A stretch of 64,000 nucleotides of DNA, from the NCBI GenBank assembly GCA_036172245.1, contig JAYWIR010000028.1:1922001-1986000 (forward strand), given 5' to 3'. The notes under the pieces are model-generated. The model saw only the letters and a list, made by a program, of their open reading frames with translations. It was not told the origin of the DNA and made no database searches. Numbering within the stretch: the first letter of the stretch is position 1; each line of letters opens with the position of its first letter. Below are positions 24,046 to 36,641 of the stretch, in pieces. Position numbers and translations under genes: made by a program. The stretch is from Raillietiella orientalis. Lineage: Eukaryota.

Positions 24046-24290
24046 ACTTCGTATCACAACAACTCAGTCATAACTCTCACATTGCACATTCGAATTACTT
24101 AAAATTATTAGGAAAACACAACAACCGATTCGTATGATGGAATGTCAGTTTCAGAAGGAAAATTTTCATCGTTTCTTCCGAACGAGAGACAGATGAAATC
24201 AGCCACCCGTAACACCACATGACAGCTTACATTTTAGTGAAATACCCCACGGAACGGGGGGAACCCACGGTCCCGAATTTTTGCAGTGCA

Positions 24291-24291
<1 letters not shown>

Positions 24292-24321
<30 letters not shown>
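24292..24321. repeat. (GCT)10 microsatellite upstream of the YjbQ-like gene
   Basis: Perfect trinucleotide run read directly from the sequence. Confidence 0.9.
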
Positions 24322-24765
24322 ACATAAGCTACATTTTCGATAATTACCAAAATTACCCCTCGCCTGCTTAATTTTCACGTGCGGTGCCCGGGATAAATAG
24401 GGATGGACGCTCCCCGGGAGCAATGGGGGGGGGGGGGGGGGGAAGGCTCGTCCACGGTCGAAACAAATGCAGATATCACTTTACGAAGAGGGGGAAGAAA
24501 AGAAAAAGGAAGGACATTTTGGAACTGTTCGAAAATGCCTTTTTCCTTTTTTTTTTTCTTTTTTTTCCTTTTGTGTGTTCATATGGACGGAATAAGAGGT
24601 GGTATCGTGAGAACAAAATATTTTATGATGCATGTCGGTCATCATGGAAAGGACACGTCGTAACAGAAATGTTGGCTTGCCAGCTCGTTCAGAATGTATT
24701 TGCTTCAAAATTATTCATATTTTATGTTCCACGAGGAAACTCATCATTTCCATACATGGGAAATC

Positions 24766-24802
<37 letters not shown>

Positions 24803-27800
24803 TGATGACGATGGTATTTTCCAGTTCGATTCGAATGGAATCGATTATATTCGGATTTCATTTATTCGTTTATATCCATTCAAAATTCTGTTCAAGTTCT
24901 TGAACGAATGGCTCATTTTTCTATTGCACTGTAAAGGATGAATGGAACTTTCTGGCTATCAAAAATGCCTTCATAATAAAAAAAATAAATCATCATCTTT
25001 CACATGTGAGTGGATGACGATGATTTATCTATTAATACATATGGAGGAAGACATTCATCTACTTGGATGTTCAACATTCGATATGTCACATTTAGGTACC
25101 TAAAATTGCTTCTAGTTTAAGGCTTCCATACCGGAAGCACAATTAAAAATCCCTAAACAAGAAAAACAAAGGATTCTTTGGAATTCAAAACTCACGTTTC
25201 AATGAAGCTTGTCTTTGTATCAGTTTTAATCGACTTACCTATCCATTTCCATGTTATATCTCTGTCCATAATCTCGAGCAGAAGTCATTAATGAGTCATA
25301 ATTAATTCTCCCTCTCTGTGACCCCCCCCCCCCAAAAAAAAAAAAAAAAAAAACCCTCTCAACTTTCGAAGCAGGTCCTTGTTCTTTCAACCAGCTCAAT
25401 TAAAAGCAAACCTGCCTTCGATAAAGTAGGCTCGCTTTCCACGGTTGCTACCATCAACTGTTCGATCAGATCTCTTGGAACGTGCTACGAGAATTCGTAC
25501 CATCTTCATACCCCATTCGTATTTTCCTTTCGTTTTGGGTCATCCCTTTTCCAGCTTCCAGTGATCACGTTGCACTTCCGCATTCCCACTGATGGATTCC
25601 ATCCCTGCTCCCACCGCTTTCCAGCAAGAGTCAGTAAATCCCTTCTATTGCAGCACCAAGACGTGCAGACGTGTTCTTCCTGCCGGATCATTTGAAAATC
25701 GCATAGGTTCGCTTCCCCGATCCATCACCTAAACCTAAGAGTAACCAATAGAAGGGTGATGAACCGATTTTCATCTTCTGGCTGGACGCCCTTCACCTCT
25801 AAGGTGTCGCCTTAGCTTCTTAATCGGCCAATGTCGAAAAATTTTGGTCCTCCACCGAAATTCTTTCGGTTGGTGGTCCGAACTTCAACTTTCTGGGCGT
25901 GGTTTTTTGGAAATTCAAACGGGCGGAATTTCCAAAGAAAGCGATTCAGAATTACATGTCATTACCTAAAAGTATTAGGTTGCATGACAGGGAAATTTGG
26001 AAAGCTTCAGAAAGGCTTCCAAAGTATATATACATAACGTGCTCGATAGTGAATGTTCACGGAAAGAAAAGATTTCACAACTTGCACTCGAAAGAAGAAA
26101 GGCTTGTGGGTTTAAAGGGCTGTTGAAAAAACTGCCGAAATCTGCTGTCATCAGTGGATTGTGTGTGCTCCCCTGAAGCGGAAGCGTTTTTCTTTTTTTT
26201 TTTATTTTGCGTGTATGGAAAAATCATCTCACAATGAAGTCAAAACGGAGACTGCAGTGTTTTTCATCCCGCAAATCTCTGATTAAAGAGAGAGGGAGGC
26301 TGCCAAGACTGTCTCATAATTCTGTCTCATAATTTACTGCGTGTTGAGTGAAACAAAATGATGCCAACTTCGAATCAAATGAAAGAAAAAGAATGGGACG
26401 AATCCATAGTGTTAGCACTGGGGGGGGGGGAGGAAAAAAAAAAAAAATAAAACTACGAGAAGAGATCGACAGATCGTCACAGAGCCAATGAATTCCTGTT
26501 TCTTGCACATTTCATCCGACGAACGAGAGCCCGCAGTAGCATCCCACCATTTGTTTATTGCTTGCATATTAAACCTTCAAAGTCATGGGTGCCAAGTCTC
26601 CAAAGTCATCTGGCGTTTCGCAGAACTTGTAAACTTTCTGGAGTACAGTTTTCACAGTACTCGTCTAATGAAAAAGGCAGCATGTGCAGGTCATAACGGT
26701 GAAGGCTCTCGGGTGGAATCCAAAATAATTGGTAGCCAACAAAAAAAAACGCCTTGGTGCTGGTGTGAATTTTGGAGAAGAACTTCATTAGGAACGTGTT
26801 TTGAACGATAAGGAATAGGCAGGTGAGATGACTTCGGTATTCAGACATTTTCTCCATACCAAGTCCAAGGAAGATGAAACTTGATCGAGTTAATCATAAA
26901 ATAGCATCCAATAATAATCGAATAATTAATGATTAGGACAACACTGTCTTGGAGACGAAGCAAATGTCCTCTTTACATGCTAAATAAAAACTCTATAAGC
27001 TGGAAACATAAATGCAAATGAGTATTTTAATTTCGCTCATGGTGGAAGAGTCTTCTTAGATCGATCCTTAAAACCCAGAGTTACCATTACTTAAAATGAT
27101 TCGATTATTTCCATAAAGGACTCCCAGTAGTCATAAACTGATGAACATAATAAGAATCTTCGTTTCCTGCACAATGAACAGTCGTAATTCAAATCGAGAG
27201 ATGATAAACCTAGGAGGAATGGCTCTGTTTTGCATGCGACTTGAAAACCACAGTTTGATGGTAATAGTCCAGAAAACTTTTGGAAAAGCTGGTTTACCGA
27301 GACGTGCGTTTACCTGGCCAACGTGATGTACGAAACTCATATGTACATGAGCTCAATAAATTAGGAACAATGACTTTAATGGAACGCAACCAGAAATCCA
27401 ATTATGGAGCAGGAACAGAAGTGTCCATCCTTGTTTGTAAAGACAAACTCCAATGTGGCAGATACGGAGCCAAAGAAGGTATAAAAAAATCTCCTTCTAA
27501 GCATGGCATGGGTCCGCAGCATCTCTCGTTCGGGATGTTAGCCAGGAACCATCTAGCCGTCCAATTTTCATGCTCACAGTCGATGTCGAAACCGATCTGA
27601 AACCTCGCGGTGTGACAAATTCGAGCTTCTTTTCCGGATCATTATTTTAATTTTTGGTCCAATTTTATTTCCGCCTGACGCGCATGCTTTCGGCATGGCA
27701 GGAAATCACACGGTGCTCCTACACTTCACAAGCACAGTCCTGCAAAGAGATCCCACGAAATCTCCACAGATACATTTCACCTCAAAACGTCTTACTAACC

Positions 27801-30800
27801 GTGTACACTGGACTCGCATGCTCACATGTACGTGCATATGTAATTTACGTAGATGCATGCGCAACTGCATAATCTTATGGGTATTGCTGTTGGCTATTTG
27901 TATTTTTCGCTTCATCAGCATGAGTTTTTTTTTTTTTTTTTTTCCTATGGTACGGTCCTGATTCTTTTCATTTTCCGTCCTCGCGCTGGTATCCTGAAGG
28001 ACCGCGGTCCAGGAGAGTTTGCCGAGCTTTTTCGGAGGAAAACCTCAAAGAAAATCCGAAGTACGAATCTCAGAACGCTCAAGCCATCCAAAGGAAGAAA
28101 GGTGTGATTCGGTAATCGTTCATGAGGTATTTGCTCATTGGGTTACAGATTTTGGATTGCGGGCATTCCCCGGTCCCTGAGTCTCCCGGTTTCCTGCTGA
28201 AATTCTGCTGACATTTCCAGCTTGAGTGCCGGAGATGCTTTTCACCCAACCGTTGAAAATGGAAGCCGGAGGATGCTTCAAGCTCTTATGCTAACTGTAG
28301 TGAGCATCGTAGTAAGCTTTCATAGCTGTTTCAATCGACCTTTCTGATGTACGTATCTTACCATTTGAAGCGACCACTTTGGTAGGGCAGCCTGTAAGCT
28401 CCTGAAAAACGAGGCATCCAAAATTTATTATCCATCAACCTCGAATGTATTCAGGATCTCAGTTAAGATTTCAAGGGCTTTCGATTCATCCCCCCCTCCC
28501 CTCCTCCTTCCTTTCAAGTACGCTCTGCCTTCATGCCTTATTTGCACTTCCGAAACTTACCGAGTGCTGTCGGGCACACCTTTTGACATTCTGACGAACA
28601 TCCAGGCAACCCTCGACTCCTTCTCCCCACGAGCACACGCACTCAACGTGGAGTGCAAGAGTTCACGTATCAAAGCGTGGAACTGACCTCCAAGGCCACT
28701 AAGGCGAGCTCCGCTTGCTGTCGGCAAAGTCCGTTCCTTCGTGGTCTGTCGACCTTTTTCATTTCCAGGTCTGCTGAATAATTCGTCACACGGGTAGGCA
28801 TGGATAGTGCCAGCACGCAGTTCGAGCGCAGCATTTTGATCTTTGCCCAAAGCACGTATTGCACGGGCAAGCCTCGTACTTGGAATACTTTAATTACCAG
28901 CCAGACATTCCAGACGAGTACTTGGATGATTGAGTAATTCATTGGTAACCATCCCCACGGTGTTTGTGTTTGCATGTTGCTGAAGCAAAGTGGGAGGACC
29001 TCTTTTTGGGGGGGGGAGGGGAGGGTAAATAGGAGGAGAAGCCAGTACGTGAATGGAATAAACGGAGCGACCCCAAGGATGTCAATTTGGAAACCTACCG
29101 ATCGAGTTCACGCACCATTCGTAGAAAAAAAGAAGAAATTGCCGGTGGCGCTATCGCCGCTGTCAAGGGACCTTGTGAGCGGCGTGTGTGGCAAGCAGAA
29201 TGCTTTTTCCCAGAGGCCAGTTTCTTAATGTGCTCCTGCTGTCCTGGGGAGGCAGGCATTCAACGATGCTCAACTCCCGGAGGTTTGCGGTGTTCATTAG
29301 TCGTTCACGATTTCGAAATGGGTTCTTTCAGTTGTGTGCCGCCTGCGCACCCTTTCCCCATTTCGAACTTCGAAAAAATGCTTCGAAAGCCGTAGGGGTG
29401 GGGCGCTTAACGTTCGCTCCTTCGCCTGGCCTCACCGGGTTCCGTGAGCGGACCTGACCGTGTTTGAAAATCCTCCTCCTCCTCTTCTTCTTCAAACACA
29501 ATACCGTATGAGAACGAGGGCATCCAAGCGAAGGAATGCTCTGGCCGTTCCCTAGGACAGGCATGCTGGAGTACCATTTCCGGAGATCAATTCATTAGAC
29601 ATAAAGCGCTCTCACGTAAGCAATCTCGAGCTTACGTGGATAATTTAAGACGTTTCAAGTGCCGGTTGCCCGTGTCCGGGCTTACCAGGGACGTAATCAT
29701 GCAATGGAAAACAGCGAAGCACAGACTCCCCGAGGATGCAAACCGTTTGCGTGATGAGGAAGCTTTTAATTTTTCACTCGGTTTCCGATGGGGCTGCGTT
29801 TCGCTTCATTTGTAAATTTAATTAGAAACAAAGAGGCAGTTCGGCTGAGATGCTGTGAAAGCGGCAGAAGGGAGGACGGCGCGACGCAGTGTGATTACAG
29901 ATCTCAAGATGACTATCAGGAGCGAATCGATGCCTGGATTCCCCGGAAAGATCCCGGGGGCAACACATCCGATGAAACCAACGCACAGCGATGCACATCG
30001 AGGTTCGGGGTGTTTCCTACTCGTACACCGACGCGGTTTTTTTTTTGCCTTACACACGAGAATTACCGAACAATTCCCTGATGACTTACAAAACAGAGGG
30101 AATAGTCCACGTAGGGAGAAATCGCGGCGATTCCAAAGTTTAGCCGATCGCCTGCTGGCCGTCGCCCGATCGGCTAGACGTACAGAAAAATCAACGGAAT
30201 GATCCTTCCGTTGTTTTGCTTTGCCGTCTGTCCTTGTTCTGATCCCTCTCCGAACAAAATCACTGCGGGATAATTACGTCGCTGCAAGCCGACTCGGGAA
30301 CATTCACGACCAGAGCAACAGATCCTTCGTCCAAAGTTTCTTCTTATCTGCGGTGGATTTTCTGACTTGAAGTTCAGGAGGTTAACAGATCATGCACTGA
30401 AAATCAATTTTTACGAGTGGATTCAGAGGAGAATCAATATACTTGTTTGTCGATTGCAAGAAAGGATTCACATTTTGTGTGGAAGGACAGTCTTCAAAGG
30501 AGCGGATGAAACACACACACACATGCCTTTTCAAAATCTTCGCTCATAGTCACTGAAATTTTATTCCAGCATTATCTTCTGAGCTGATCTCAGAACCTCT
30601 GGCAACTTCCAGGGTCCATGGTGAACCTTCCCGAAAATTCGTCGTCTTCGCATGCACTCAAAGCATAAAGCACAGATCATTTGGATTACACGTGCTCTTA
30701 GCTTCCTCCTACTTTGTTTTGCTTAAACGTTGCTTCGCGTCTTTACGGGTTTATGCCTCGAAGCATTTTTAAAGGAGCAATAAATGTTCAGGCACAATAC

Positions 30801-33800
30801 ATGAATCGCGGGTCAAGACGTGTGTGCATAACCTAAAATACATGCCGGTTGTACACAATCTGCTTCACTATGCTAAAGCAGGTCATGTACGTTACAGAAA
30901 TCGCAACGAACCTATAAACGACAAGTCGGGTGTTTACAGTCGTGTTTGTGAAATCAGTGAGCTGCCTGAGGGATTAATGAAAATTTCACAGATATTGAAA
31001 AGTCATAACTCTGTTTCAACGTGTCCGTGTCATCACATCACTTAATCAGATCACTCACCGGTGCAGAATCGCTTCTGTTCTTTTACAGCAACCGGGTGGA
31101 GAGCTTCTTTTATGGCTGTTTCCGAAATTAACGCTTACTTTTATCTGTTGGATCAGAGTCGAGTAATTTCCGAATAACGTCATGTTTTATTCAAATTCAG
31201 AACACGACCTTATCCCTGACCACTTCGGTTTATGCGATAAAGGACTTGTTCTCTTAAGGTTCGAAGACGGACACTGACCCTTGTATGGGGATGCATGGGC
31301 TATTATACCATCCATAAGGCAAGAATTCTAACGCCTTCCCAGACTGGCTGCTCGATTAATCGTGAATTCCGTAGTATGTTAAGCTTGCACGTTTGCCCAT
31401 TGATTTCAACTGGATGTTTGCCTCCTGGACTTCATCGGTACAATTTGAGGCCCAGAGACGCATAGGCATGAATACTTTAGACAGAAGTTTCATACGGGTT
31501 TCGTGATTTTTTTATGGGGAGAAATTCACTCTTTACTGGTACATTCTCAGACACAAGCCATGGAGATGCTCGCTATAAAGACTTTTGATGTTTCCTTCTA
31601 TTCTTTACAGCTGCTTTAACGAGATGGCATCCTCCTGGTCGCTTCGAGAGCTTGCAGGGTGGTCGTGCAAAAGCTGAAAGTTTTCATCATGCGATGGAAA
31701 CTGAGTGAAAAGGGTAAAAATTGGCATTCTTCATTCCCATGATCCCCATGGGTGAGGACGTTGTGGTTGTTTACTGTCGTTCGCTGGACCTGCCTTGGAC
31801 CCGTTGTTGTTATGGGGCTTTTGTGCAGGTTTCATGTGCCCTAGTTACTTCCTGAATACTCTTTTGAAACCGAGAAGTCACTTCGGAGAGGAAATCCCAA
31901 AGGAACATCAGGGGCTATTCGATGTTCACGTTTCCCCCTGGCCATCCATTGCTTTCTGACTATGCCCTGAAAAGCTGCTGAAGGAATCGAAAGTTCAAAG
32001 ATCTCTTGCATCATTTTCTGTTTGCGTTCCGAGATTTCAAACGGGAAGAAAGGATTCCACCCATTTGCTCGACCTGCCCAACTTGGTCTTTATAACTGGT
32101 TCGGGACGGGAATCCAAGAGGGGAGCGTTCCCTGTCGAAGTGAGGGCTCCGCAGGGCAGGTTTATCTCTGCTGTTCGAACTCGCGATCTTTCAATCGTCA
32201 CCGAGTTTTACTGCTGCGGGAATTTTGCGAGAGCCTAGGGATTGATCTTCTTCCGGAGAATCGACCATGTGGGTGTGCGCTAGGTCTTTCGGGTGGTGTC
32301 CTAGCCATCAGCAGATGCCCCAGCTGTGTTGAGTGCTGGGAGGCACGAATCAGCTTGCTGAGCTGATTCGTATGCGTTCTCAAAATTTCTTGCTCTTGCA
32401 GAACATCGTCGTTGAATCCCATGGAAAGGTCAACGATCTCTCAGGCTGAGGCTTGTTGTCCTGAAAAAGAGAGGACAAGAGCGTGTGCTTCTTTTCGTTC
32501 ACGAGCCTTCGCGAAGGCTACAGCTCTTTCCAGGATAGGGTCAGGTCGCAAGTTGCCAAGAAACACACACATTTTTAATGGAACGCCTAATTGCTATCGG
32601 TCAAAAGGTATCAGTCGTCAGAAGCGAACAGCTTCTTTTCAGGCCGATGGAATGACGAACACGGGTGGAGTCTGCTAACTGGTGGTGCAGCAGAGTCATT
32701 TGTCATCACTTTCCAAATTCGTTGCTCACCGTAAAGCAAAGTGGAATCGAAGCCTTCGCGAGTTTTCCTGTTTCGGGAAAATGACAATTCAAAGAGCATA
32801 TCTCCTGGTGCTTCAGAAAGAGGTCGACTGTTCCAAGTATGAATGGAATTTTCCCCCTAAGACACCGCCAGTTCCTCCTGGTTTTCGACACAATCCGAAA
32901 ATTAGCAAATGCTTTGTTTCATCCCTGCTTCTTGTCTCGTAGCATCACATTCTTTCGTTCGCTGTTTTTCTCAAGATCAGTATTTAGCTGTACGTCTGGG
33001 CATGTGAAATCAGATGGTGCGCATGTGTACACGCAATAGGAAGTTGTACCAAGTGCCTCGGCACAAGCTCCTGAAGAGAGGAAGGCTGCAACCAACGTCC
33101 ACTTATACGTTAAGCTGAACAGACAACTGATGGGAAACTTTTCTATTACCCACTGAGATTGAAAGGGGGGGGGGGAATATGCTAATGAGCTCAGAAGAAT
33201 CTGGGGGGCTGATTTTGGTTGGAGAAAATACGGAGCGCGAAGGAGAGTTTCATGTACGCTGTTTCATGAAGGATCAAAAGTCATTTCGAAAATAAGGAAC
33301 AAAGTAGGCAACCCTGATAGAAGAAATGAACGTGTCCTTTCGTTTTCTCCAAGCAAACCGAATCGTCCCATCGCTGCAGTCGAAAGGAGCGTTTATTTCG
33401 GCCCGATACTTCGAAATGCTTCGAGTTTGTCCCCCTTTTTCGGAAGGACGGGATCAGGTGAGCGACACGCGCAGACACGGTCGGCAGACAGGAGAAAACC
33501 TTTGACCTCAACAAAATACAATAAATTTTTCTCAAAATGGCGTGCGTGATCGTGGGTGGGCGACTGCTTCCCGAGGAATGGGGCACAATGCTTTCTTGGA
33601 AGGGGAGGCACTGTCGTGCAAACCTCAAAAGGACAGGAAAGGAATAGCATGATGCATGCTTCATTGAGTTACGAGTTTGCAGATTCTTCCATATTAGAAA
33701 ATGGCAGCTCCAAGTACGTTGGGAGCTCATTCCGCCTGGAGCCCAGGATCTAATGCTATTCTTTCATTCCAAGAAGACACAGATGCACTTTTTCTCCACT

Positions 33801-35138
33801 AGTCCCGAACGTTCCGCTCTAAAACGCAATAACTCCAGAAACGCCCTCCCACACCCTGATCCTCCTCTAGGAGAAGCTTAGAAACCTTGCAACAGGACTT
33901 CGCAACCAGAAGTGCAAGACTGGGTTGGATCACGATCTTTCTTATCAAGGTGGACCGAATTCACTTGGAAAGGGGTTGAGATTCATCTTGGCTGACTTCT
34001 TCAGCTTCAGGATTTTCAGAGTCTCGAAGGAGTCAAAGTTTGTGTTGAACCTAACCCGATCCCATCATGGAGTTCTTTGATAACTGATTTGCGGAAGATC
34101 GCGTCTTCACTGACGAAACCCAAATCGATGACCACAACTTTTTCTCGCCGTTGGTATGCAAAGCCATGCGTGTTTGTTACATCGAACTTTTCGCTCTCGG
34201 TTCGAATACGAACCAAACCTCGCTACTTTGCCGTGCCCTTCCTAGGACGGGCACCACTTTTGGTGCTTTGATTATCGTTATTCGTAGCACCACCTGAGGT
34301 TTTCCTGCTAAGTTACGGGCGTTCCTAACGAGTTCGCAGTCTCGTGGCATCCACGGAAGAATGGACCACACATAGCCCTTGCTGAAAGTATCGAGCCGGA
34401 AAAGCCTCCCCCTTTAAGATGCTCGAGATAACAAGGATGGAATCCACCGTGTTCACGTTGCAATCTCGTGTTCTCCACACCAAGAAAAATCTTTTTATCA
34501 TGCAAATAAACATGCGAGTATTCTCAAGGCGCCGAATACAATGATCCCAACTCGCCGTGGGAGTAATCTTGTTCGATTTATGTTTTGTTTTTCTGGAGGA
34601 TAAACAAAAGCAGGAAGCAGGAGAAAACCTCCCATCGGCATTCCATTCCTTTTTAGGCCAATGCATTTCTGATAATCGCTTATCATGGATTTTAAACAGA
34701 CTTCGAGAAATGTCCAATGTCTCAATAGAGAAACTTCATAACTGTCGTAACACTTGGTTTGATTCCTTGAGGACGTGGTTAACAATTTCCAGGTTTCAAC
34801 TGAGGCAGGTGCAGAATCAGTAAGATGCTGCACGTTTTTAAGAACCTAGCTTTTTGAAACACAAATGCGAAGAGTTTTCGGTGTTAGAGGAAAATAATCC
34901 ATCCACGGACGTCGCTTTTAAGTTAAACCAATGCACCCTTTCGGTAGAAGCTATCAAATAAAATCCACTATTAGATGCAGAAGATATAAACAACGACAAC
35001 AGCTAACAGATGATGTCTTCCAAACAAAGTCAAAATGTTAAATAATCAATGGCACTTCATTAGATTGCAGAACAGGCGATTCTATGGTAAAAAAAATTTC
35101 ACTTGCTTTGCTTCCGTTTCTTTTGCTTTCGTATCATA

Positions 35139-36641
35139 CTATTCTTCCTTTTTCAAAGTTTTATTTTTCAGCATGCAGGCACCAAAATATCCTGTAAGTT
35201 CCTATTTAGGTCATTATCAAACAGCAACATCCATACCAATGATGCCTCCTCCTATACCAGTGATTCCAGCAGCTTTGAATCCAATGAAAAGTCCAGGTGG
35301 ACCTGCTAAAAGAGTTCCTAAAGCTGCTCCTGCTATGGGAAAACTTGCCCATGCTGCTTTGCGAAGTATCTTTTCTGCCTGTCTTACATTATCAGCAGCT
35401 CTGATGGTATGTTTTTCAATAGCCTCTGTTTGACTATGCTGAATCTAGTAGTATTTACATTATTGAAATAATTTTACACACCAACACTTACATTAATCTG
35501 ATGGGAAATTTCTTGCATCAGCTCATACAAACCTTCTAGGTCTGTTTCTAACTGATGCCAGGAAGCATATGCCTTCTTACGCTTTTGGATAATCTGATCT
35601 GTTGTTGCGCACAAATCTTCTTCCTTAATGACATGTAACTGCTTTTCAGGTACGTTACTCGACAAAGAGTCATTGTCATCAAATTGGAGCACATACAACT
35701 TCTGCTTCTCTGGATTACGAGTAGAAGGCAAATATACTTTGTTTTAAATTTGCGTTCATTTGAAGAAAAACAAGTAATAATCAAATTTTATCACACAAAT
35801 ATATTTGAAAACATATTTGAAAAAAGAGTAACTTGAAACTCATAATCTTGTGCAATCACTGAAAGAGCTCACCGATGAAATTTTCAATTATTAAGCTAAC
35901 TTCTGAAATTGCTGGTTCTATGAAGTCCTGAAATTTGCTAACTAATGATTCTGGCATCTGCTGCTTTACAGAATCTACTTCTTTGAGAATGGAATTCAGT
36001 TGCTGAACAGTTAAAGTTGCTTTAATGTTTTCCTTATGGACCAGATGGAAATTTTTTTGGCTGTAGTACTAATGGGGGCATTATCCATCAGAAAGTTCAA
36101 TTTTTTAACAATATAATACAAATAATAGTATCTATATCCCCTTTTAATCAGAAAACGTCACATAAATGCATGATCAGATATGCTTCATTCTGCTTAAAGT
36201 ACAAACTGCTAGACTGTCAATCTAATGCATTTCTTAAAGAATTGAACATTATATAATTTCATTTTCATACAAATTAACTTTTAAAAATAGCAGTAATCAA
36301 CACCTGGATCAATTATATGCCTATCACCTGAATATGGTGTAGAGATCACTAACATATAAAATTCAGTAAATACACCTTAAATACTCAGATTCCAAAACAG
36401 CTTCCACATGCATTAATTTCATATAGACTTCAAGATTACTCAAACCAAACACAAGATTAAATTTACCGTAAAGAATCAGGAAATAATTCATATCTTGCTA
36501 ATTCGTACCTACCTTATGTATGTTCTCCTCATGTTTCTTTAAATTTTCCACATGTAAGGGCAATGCCACTTTGAAGATACGATTAATTGGAACTTCATAT
36601 CTTTTAAACAGAGATTTATGATGTCCAGAAAATTCTAACAT
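35139..36641 (-). CDS. STX17: Syntaxin-17 (autophagosomal Qa-SNARE), ~276 aa, 5 exons
   Basis: Minus-strand exons 36641-36513, 36068-35873, 35736-35492, 35444-35237 and 35191-35139, giving 831 nt in frame with GT-AG introns. The N-terminus KRYEVPINRIFKVALPLHVENLKKHEENIHK...KENIKATLTVQQL resembles the STX17 Habc region. It is followed by the SNARE motif ASWHQLETDLEGLYELMQEISHQINIQHSQTEAIEKH and the hallmark Gly-rich hairpin transmembrane segment FPIAGAALGTLLAGPPGLFIGFKAAGITGIGGGIIGYFGA, then a basic tail. Confidence 0.9.

Noticed and set aside
34060..34270. VFTDET peptide reminiscent of a Tc1/mariner DDE motif
   Set aside because: There is an in-frame stop just upstream, no further transposase motifs, and no terminal inverted repeats.
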